From IMG/VR virus record IMGVR_UViG_2711768000_000008: a stretch of DNA of 4,624 bases, one strand, 5' to 3'. The stretch comes from a virus (lineage: Duplodnaviria; Heunggongvirae; Uroviricota; Caudoviricetes). Made by a program: the position numbers and the translations under genes. The notes beneath the pieces were generated by a model, which did no database searches, was not told where the DNA came from, and saw nothing but the letters and a program-made list of their open reading frames with translations. Of the stretch, positions 1 to 4,624 are shown piece by piece. Each line of letters begins with the position of its first letter. Position 1 is the stretch's first letter.

Positions 1-151
1 CTCTTTAGAGTAACGTTGGGTTTTTCTGCTCATTATTAGCTCCTTCTGATGCCATTCTATTTCAGGAAGGAGTGTCCGTTAAACTCAGGCTACCTCAGGT
101 TATTCGCTTCTGGGCATGGGCGGATCAACAAATGATAGACGGTAATGCAGA

Positions 152-174
152 TTGTAACGCTCGCGGCGTTACAA
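152..174. repeat. Palindrome TTGTAACGC-n5-GCGTTACAA (iteron-like)
   Basis: Perfect 9-bp inverted arms at 152-160 and 166-174, read directly. The core 7-mer recurs at 363-369, 375-381 and 398-404. Confidence 0.5.
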
Positions 175-362
175 AAAGTGCAATAGATCGCATCACTTTT
201 ATGTCTGGTTTTGCTGATGCGTTAATTCAGGTTGGATGGCTGGTCGAAAATGACGGAGGGCTTTCTCTACCTAACTTTGAACGTCATAACGGAAAAAGCT
301 CTAAAAAAAACGGGCGGTTACAAACGAGCGAGTAACAAAAATACGCGAACTGAAACGAAAAG

Positions 363-405
363 GTAACGCTGCCAGCGTTACACAAACGGATCAAAAAGCG
401 TTACC
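363..405. repeat. Palindrome GTAACGCTG-c-CAGCGTTAC plus an extra GCGTTACC half-site (iteron-like)
   Basis: Perfect 19-bp palindrome at 363-381, with a further GCGTTACC at 398-405. It sits in an A-rich, purine-rich stretch of the initiator gene. Confidence 0.5.
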
Positions 406-780
406 AGAGGAAGAGGAAGAGGAAGATCTAAATACTGATCTCCCCCTCGCCAAAAACGAGCGTCTAAAAAATTCGAGCCGGAGGCTATTGAGCTGCCCGA
501 TTGGTTGCCGGAAACACTCTGGCATGAGTGGGTCCGGTTCAGACAGGCATTGCGAAAACCGATTCGAACGGAGCAGGGCGCTAACGGGGCGATACGGGAA
601 CTGGAAAAATTCCGTCAGCAGGGTTTTACACCTGAGCAGGTGATTCGACACAGCATCGCCAATGAATACCAGGGCCTGTTCGCGCCGAAAGGTGTTCGGC
701 CTGAGACGTTGCTCCGACAGGTTAACACCGTCTCGTTGCCGGACAGTGCGATCCCGCCAGGCTTCAGGGGGTAACGGACC

Positions 781-1211
781 ATGAAAAATATTGCGACAGG
801 CGGCGTTCTGGAACGCATCCGCCGACTGACCCCGCCACATGTAACCGCCCCATTCAGAACGGTAGCGGAGTGGCGCGAGTGGCAACTTGCTGAAGGCCAG
901 AAACGTAGCGAGGAGATCAACCGCCTGAATCGCCAGTTGCGGGTGGAAAAAATTCTGAATCGCTCAGGCATCCAGCCGTTGCACCGTAAATGCTCGTTTG
1001 CGAATTACCAGGTGCAGAACGACGGCCAGCGATACGCGTTAAGCCAGGCGAAATCCATCGCCGATGAACTGATGACCGGGTGTACAAATTTTGCGTTCAG
1101 CGGAAAACCTGGTACCGGGAAGAATCACTTAGCGGCAGCTATCGGGAATCGCCTGCTGAAAGACGGTCAGACAGTGATTGTGGTTACCGTGGCTGATGTT
1201 ATGAGCGCCCT
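781..1211 (+). CDS. DnaC-family helicase loader (phage paralog), 5' portion only; 3' end lost in the N run
   Basis: ATG at 781 follows a GGGG run at 767-770. The N-terminus, NRSGIQPLH, CSFANY, and the Walker A block FSGKPGTGKNHLAAAIGN followed by TVADVMSA all track E. coli DnaC as I recall it. Host DnaC is about 245 aa, so the true stop should fall near 1500-1540 inside the mask. The ORF-track extension to 1722 is an artifact of reading through N. Confidence 0.88.
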
Positions 1212-1602
1212 NNNNNNNNNNNNNNNNNNNNNNNNNNNNNNNNNNNNNNNNNNNNNNNNNNNNNNNNNNNNNNNNNNNNNNNNNNNNNNNNNNNNNNNNN
1301 NNNNNNNNNNNNNNNNNNNNNNNNNNNNNNNNNNNNNNNNNNNNNNNNNNNNNNNNNNNNNNNNNNNNNNNNNNNNNNNNNNNNNNNNNNNNNNNNNNNN
1401 NNNNNNNNNNNNNNNNNNNNNNNNNNNNNNNNNNNNNNNNNNNNNNNNNNNNNNNNNNNNNNNNNNNNNNNNNNNNNNNNNNNNNNNNNNNNNNNNNNNN
1501 NNNNNNNNNNNNNNNNNNNNNNNNNNNNNNNNNNNNNNNNNNNNNNNNNNNNNNNNNNNNNNNNNNNNNNNNNNNNNNNNNNNNNNNNNNNNNNNNNNNN
1601 NN
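1212..1602. other. Run of 391 N (undetermined or masked sequence)
   Basis: Literal n characters. It must hold the 3' third of the DnaC-like gene and roughly 60-100 nt more. Confidence 1.
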
Positions 1603-1618
1603 AGTTTCAGGAGGATTT

Positions 1619-2041
1619 ATGGCGAAACCTTTTACTCCCGAACAGCGGGAAGAACTGAAGACGCGAATTGTGGAACTCGTGCATCAGGACGGTCGGGTCA
1701 CGATTCGGCAGTTGTCAGATGAAACAGGTATCAGTCGTGCGTCTGTCGGTCGCTTATGCATAGAACTGGTCGCAAGTGGTGATGTATATAATTCTGGCTA
1801 CGGCTTATTCCCGTCTGAACAGGCTCGCAAGGACTGGCAAAGCGCCCGCAAAAAACTCTCGAGAGTAAAGGTGAGGAAACCGGTTGTTGTTGATCCGGAC
1901 CTTATCTGGTCATTACCTGACGGAGAAATACGCCGCTACGACAGGCGCCTGAATATAATCTGTCGCGAGTGCCGGAAGAGCGAAGCTATGCAGCGTGTAC
2001 TGGCTTTCTATCAGGGTAATTTTCAGGAGGCGATACTGTGA
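1619..2041 (+). CDS. Small HTH-like protein, tentatively Ren family (Rex-exclusion negation); family assignment unverified
   Basis: AGGAGG at 1609-1614, 4 nt before ATG 1619; 140 aa. The segment VTIRQLSDETGISRASVGRLCIEL looks like a helix-turn-helix. The C-terminal CRECRKSEAMQRVLAFY resembles my recollection of the lambda Ren C-terminus, and the position right after the P/DnaC-like gene matches lambda gene order. Confidence 0.6.
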   Translation: MAKPFTPEQREELKTRIVELVHQDGRVTIRQLSDETGISRASVGRLCIELVASGDVYNSGYGLFPSEQARKDWQSARKKLSRVKVRKPVVVDPDLIWSLPDGEIRRYDRRLNIICRECRKSEAMQRVLAFYQGNFQEAIL

Positions 2042-2098
2042 ATGAAATTAGCTATCAGGCTTCAATTACCGCTGGCATTCGCATCAAAGGAGAGGAGC

Positions 2099-2455
2099 AT
2101 GGAAATAAAACCAGAAGATGAGTTAAGCAATATCGTTTTATTTCCGGTAAAAGAGGATGACCCTCGTAATCAGGTTAATTTTCTTTATGAGCCATCGGAA
2201 AGACCATATTGCCATCACGCCTCTGTACGGGTTGACGAAAAAGAGCGTCAGGTCCGCTGTAAAATCTGCGGTGCGGTTGTGGAGCCGTTTGACTGGATGC
2301 TCTCTGTGGCAAAAAGAGAAACCAGACTGGCAGATGATGTAAGGCTATTGCGCCAGGAGGAACAGGAAAGGCGGAGAAATATAGAAAAGCTGATACAGAT
2401 TGAGCGTAACGCGAAAGCGCGGATACGCAGGGCGACAAAATCCAGAACTGAATAA
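2099..2455 (+). CDS. Hypothetical Cys/His zinc-ribbon protein with a charged coiled-coil-like C-terminus
   Basis: AGGAG at 2088-2092, 6 nt before ATG 2099. Contains C-H-H ... C-x2-C (CHHASVRVDEKERQVRCKIC) and then an Arg/Glu-rich helical tail. An in-frame ATG at 2042, immediately after the upstream TGA stop, is an alternative start (AGGAGG sits 12 nt upstream of it). Confidence 0.55.
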   Translation: MEIKPEDELSNIVLFPVKEDDPRNQVNFLYEPSERPYCHHASVRVDEKERQVRCKICGAVVEPFDWMLSVAKRETRLADDVRLLRQEEQERRRNIEKLIQIERNAKARIRRATKSRTE

Positions 2456-2560
2456 TTAAATTTAGCACTGTTAAAAATTTAATCCTTAACCGGAGGGATT
2501 TCTGCACCCTCAAATCATCAGGAGACCACCCGAAAGGGCGGGGAGCAGTCACACATCTGT

Positions 2561-2589
2561 TTCCGATAGCCCCGTTCTAATGCTACACT
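2561..2589 (+). promoter_or_regulatory. Candidate sigma70 promoter for the QueH-like gene
   Basis: TTCCGA at 2561-2566, a 17-nt spacer, then TGcTACACT (extended -10) at 2581-2589. Pattern match only. Confidence 0.3.
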
Positions 2590-2602
2590 CTTTGATATTT
2601 TT

Positions 2603-3289
2603 ATGACCCCAATAAACATATTTATGACAGTTGCTGATTTCAAACGGCCCAAATTGGAGCTCCCAAACGGGGCAAACAAACTACTACTGCACTCTTGCTG
2701 TGCTCCATGTTCCGGTGAGGTGATGGAGGCGCTTCAGGCCTCGGGAATCGACTACACCATCTTTTTCTACAACCCGAACATTCATCCTCAGAAAGAGTAT
2801 TTAATTCGTAAGGATGAGAATATTCGCTTTGCTGAACAACACGGCGTGCCGTTTATTGATGCTGATTACGACACAGACAACTGGTTTGAACGAGCCAAAG
2901 GAATGGAATGGGAGCCCGAACGAGGGATCCGTTGCACCATGTGTTTTGACATGCGTTTTGAGCGGACAGCGCTGTACGCCGCTGAAAATGGTTTCAGTGT
3001 GATCAGCAGTTCACTGGGCATTTCACGCTGGAAAAATATGCAGCAGGTTAACGACTGTGGGCGGCGAGCCGTCGCGCATTATCCGGGCATGGTGTACTGG
3101 GATTATAACTGGCGCAAGCAGGGCGGCTCGTCCCGTATGATTGAAATCAGCAAGCGCGAAAAATTCTATCAGCAGGAATATTGTGGCTGTGTGTATTCTC
3201 TGCGCGATACCAATCTACACCGCAAATCTCAGGGACGCCCTCTTATCAAAATTGGTCAACTCCACTACGGTAAAGAAGAGAAGGAGTGA
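2603..3289 (+). CDS. DUF208/QueH-family protein (putative B12-independent epoxyqueuosine reductase)
   Basis: 228-aa ORF with the N-terminal signature [14 protein letters not shown], which I recognise as the QueH/DUF208 hallmark, plus further Cys pairs (CTMC, CGC). No clear SD at ATG 2603; ATG 2624 is an alternative start. Stop TGA 3287-3289. Confidence 0.72.
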   Translation: MTPINIFMTVADFKRPKLELPNGANKLLLHSCCAPCSGEVMEALQASGIDYTIFFYNPNIHPQKEYLIRKDENIRFAEQHGVPFIDADYDTDNWFERAKGMEWEPERGIRCTMCFDMRFERTALYAAENGFSVISSSLGISRWKNMQQVNDCGRRAVAHYPGMVYWDYNWRKQGGSSRMIEISKREKFYQQEYCGCVYSLRDTNLHRKSQGRPLIKIGQLHYGKEEKE

Positions 3290-3310
3290 TTTTATGGGGC
3301 ACCTTTCTGA

Positions 3311-3340
3311 TTGATTTCATATTGGCGAGGTAAGTAGAAT
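3311..3340 (+). promoter_or_regulatory. Candidate sigma70 promoter reading into the masked region
   Basis: TTGATT at 3311-3316, an 18-nt spacer, TAGAAT at 3335-3340. The same hexamer pair recurs at 3776-3803. Confidence 0.3.
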
Positions 3341-3438
3341 GACTGCGGGTGCTTGAGGCTATCTGCTTCAGGCATGAACACCAAAAGGCAGATAGAGAAA
3401 AGCCCCAGTTAACATTACGCGTCCGGCAAGACGCTTAA

Positions 3439-3688
3439 NNNNNNNNNNNNNNNNNNNNNNNNNNNNNNNNNNNNNNNNNNNNNNNNNNNNNNNNNNNNNN
3501 NNNNNNNNNNNNNNNNNNNNNNNNNNNNNNNNNNNNNNNNNNNNNNNNNNNNNNNNNNNNNNNNNNNNNNNNNNNNNNNNNNNNNNNNNNNNNNNNNNNN
3601 NNNNNNNNNNNNNNNNNNNNNNNNNNNNNNNNNNNNNNNNNNNNNNNNNNNNNNNNNNNNNNNNNNNNNNNNNNNNNNNNNNNNNNNN
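3439..3688. other. Run of 250 N (undetermined or masked sequence)
   Basis: Literal n characters, flanked by a candidate promoter upstream and a strong terminator downstream. Confidence 1.
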
Positions 3689-3710
3689 CATCCTCAACGC
3701 ACCCGCACTT

Positions 3711-3767
3711 AACCCGCCCATCGCTGTGATCTCTCAGCGTTTCGGCGGGTTTTTTGTTGTTTATTTC
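3711..3767 (+). terminator. Rho-independent terminator
   Basis: Outer stem CCCGCC (3713-3718) pairs with GGCGGG (3744-3749); inner stem CGCTG (3722-3726) pairs with CAGCG (3735-3739). Followed by TTTTTTGTTGTTTATTT. An in-frame TAA at 3710-3712 sits just before the stem. Confidence 0.7.
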
Positions 3768-3775
3768 CGGTGAAT

Positions 3776-3803
3776 TTGATTCGCGCACCTTCGCAGATAG
3801 AAT
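3776..3803 (+). promoter_or_regulatory. Candidate sigma70 promoter for the downstream cassette
   Basis: TTGATT at 3776-3781, a 16-nt spacer, TAGAAT at 3798-3803, directly after the terminator. Confidence 0.35.
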
Positions 3804-3837
3804 CGACTCACTTAAGTAGCGCGCAGGGAGAAGAGGG

Positions 3838-3882
3838 ATGGACCCCGAACAGGGGAGAGCTATTTATCTGGAAGGATTCTGA
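3838..3882 (+). CDS. Possible 14-codon leader ORF (MDPEQGRAIYLEGF)
   Basis: Strongest SD in the region (AGGGAG 3825-3830, GAGGG 3833-3837) precedes ATG 3838. Its TGA stop at 3880-3882 ends 2 nt before the next ATG. Confidence 0.2.
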   Translation: MDPEQGRAIYLEGF

Positions 3883-3884
3883 AG

Positions 3885-4172
3885 ATGAAAATCGAAGAAT
3901 TGCGTGAAATTTTTAGTGAAAATGGCCTCTATGCTGTGCGCGTTGAGAATGGAGCGATTGTCAGCCATTGCCGCATTAGATGTTTGCAATCTCAACAAAG
4001 GAAGAGCGGTGCTGTGTTATTTTATTTTTGTAATGGACTTCTGACGGACGGTTTTATTTTGCGTGAGGACGAATTTGTCACATCATTACGGGTTTTGAAA
4101 GAGATTGGTTTTAAGGCTGGTTTTCTGCTTTTGCTGAAGAATAAACTCATCTACAATCTTGAGCAGGATTGA
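3885..4172 (+). CDS. Hypothetical 95-aa protein, AT-rich, no family recognised
   Basis: ATG 3885 is the first start in an ORF that opens at 3816; GAAGG at 3871-3875. Visibly AT-richer than the neighbouring genes. Stop TGA 4170-4172. Confidence 0.55.
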   Translation: MKIEELREIFSENGLYAVRVENGAIVSHCRIRCLQSQQRKSGAVLFYFCNGLLTDGFILREDEFVTSLRVLKEIGFKAGFLLLLKNKLIYNLEQD

Positions 4173-4210
4173 ACTCCTGCTGTGTAACACCGTGCCACCG
4201 GAGAAAGCCG

Positions 4211-4564
4211 ATGGCACATATACAACTGGTCAAACAAACCTCTTCCGGATTACTTCTCCCGGCGACGCCGGAGAGTTGCGATTTTCTGCATCAAATCAAA
4301 ATAGGTGAGTGGATACACGCAGACTTTAAGCGTGTGTGTAACTACGCATTCCACAAGCGTTTTTTCAAACTCCTGCAACTGGGTTTCGATTACTGGACTC
4401 CGGTCGGTGGGGCGATCACGCCTCGCGAACGAAAACTGGTGTCCGGTTTCGTTGATTACCTGTGTGAATCAGTAGGCCGGGAACATACGCCAGCTCTGAG
4501 CGAAGCCGCAGAGCAATTGAGGTGTACTGGCAATAGCGGACACTACCATTTGTTCTTTTTTTAA
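4211..4564 (+). CDS. Hypothetical 117-aa protein, no family recognised
   Basis: GGAG at 4200-4203, 7 nt before ATG 4211. The ORF track starts it at TTG 4169, which has no SD. Ends in a T7 run (FFF then TAA 4562-4564). Confidence 0.55.
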   Translation: MAHIQLVKQTSSGLLLPATPESCDFLHQIKIGEWIHADFKRVCNYAFHKRFFKLLQLGFDYWTPVGGAITPRERKLVSGFVDYLCESVGREHTPALSEAAEQLRCTGNSGHYHLFFF

Positions 4565-4624
4565 GCAGCCATCTGATGATATTTTTCCCTGAAGGCTGCC
4601 GGGGAGATATTCCCCAGACGAGAG

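Larger units (their letters stand above)
72..774 (+). pseudogene. Replication initiator with DnaT-like C-terminal domain (YdaU/O-like); reading frame interrupted twice at poly-A runs
   Basis: Three consecutive open segments: frame 0 72..335 (GTG start overlapping an AGGAAGGAG purine run), frame 2 305..~613, frame 1 439..774. Each change is a -1 shift at an A run (A8 303-310; A6 466-471). The C-terminus ...VNTVSLPDSAIPPGFRG resembles the host DnaT C-terminus (...VSEPDSQIPPGFRG, from memory). Stop TAA 772-774 lies 6 nt before the next start. The ORF track shows only the 72..335 and 505..774 fragments. An in-frame ATG at 132 is an alternative start. Confidence 0.55.

Noticed and set aside
303-472. 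Programmed ribosomal frameshifting as the primary explanation for the frame changes
   Set aside because: Two obligatory frameshifts in one replication gene plus a third homopolymer-terminated gene nearby point to homopolymer indels. Kept as a minor alternative only.
391-885. 164-aa ORF on the - strand
   Set aside because: Entirely antisense to the initiator and DnaC-like genes, with a low-complexity Arg/Ser-rich translation and no RBS. Typical shadow ORF.
615-971. 118-aa ORF on the - strand
   Set aside because: Antisense to well-supported + strand genes; shadow ORF.
1603-1722. Tail of the 781..1722 ORF after the N run
   Set aside because: An artifact of translating through 391 N. The DnaC-like gene should end inside the mask, and this tail is in a different frame from the Ren-like gene that starts at 1619 with a strong RBS.
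2157-2342. 61-aa + strand ORF in an alternative frame
   Set aside because: Nested inside the zinc-ribbon gene in another frame, with no RBS.
2175-2552. 125-aa ORF on the - strand
   Set aside because: Antisense to the zinc-ribbon gene and running through its downstream hairpins; no start signals.
2814-3002. 62-aa + strand ORF in an alternative frame
   Set aside because: Nested inside the QueH-like gene in another frame.
3349-3438. 30-codon GTG-initiated ORF ending just before the mask
   Set aside because: No SD, very short, and it overlaps the predicted 5' stem-loop of the transcript.
3368-3788. Two - strand ORFs consisting mostly of X
   Set aside because: They exist only because N has no stop codons. 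The flanking terminator is oriented for + strand transcription.
4597-4611. Small hairpin GGGGA-gatat-TCCCC after the last gene
   Set aside because: Only a 5-bp stem and no U-tract, so not a convincing terminator.
1-4624. CRISPR array, tRNA or rRNA genes, IS elements or terminal inverted repeats
   Set aside because: No regularly spaced direct repeats, no cloverleaf-like segments and no transposase-like ORFs are visible in the unmasked sequence.

Overview
This window reads as a lambdoid-prophage early region running from the replication module into a nin-like accessory region, with every supported gene on the + strand. In order: (1) a replication initiator whose C-terminus matches the host DnaT C-terminal domain, broken twice at poly-A runs and carrying a cluster of GTAACGC/GCGTTAC palindromes that looks like an embedded origin; (2) a DnaC-paralog helicase loader, truncated by a 391-nt N run; (3) a small HTH protein with a lambda Ren-like C-terminus; (4) a Cys/His zinc-ribbon plus coiled-coil protein; (5) a DUF208/QueH-family (epoxyqueuosine reductase-like) gene with its own promoter; (6) a promoter-to-terminator unit whose body is hidden by a 250-nt N run; (7) a separately promoted two-gene cassette of unknown function preceded by a 14-codon leader ORF. 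No tRNA, rRNA, CRISPR array or IS element is visible. The best candidates for something undescribed are the QueH-like gene, the masked transcription unit and the two-gene cassette. All family assignments are from motif recall, not from any search.
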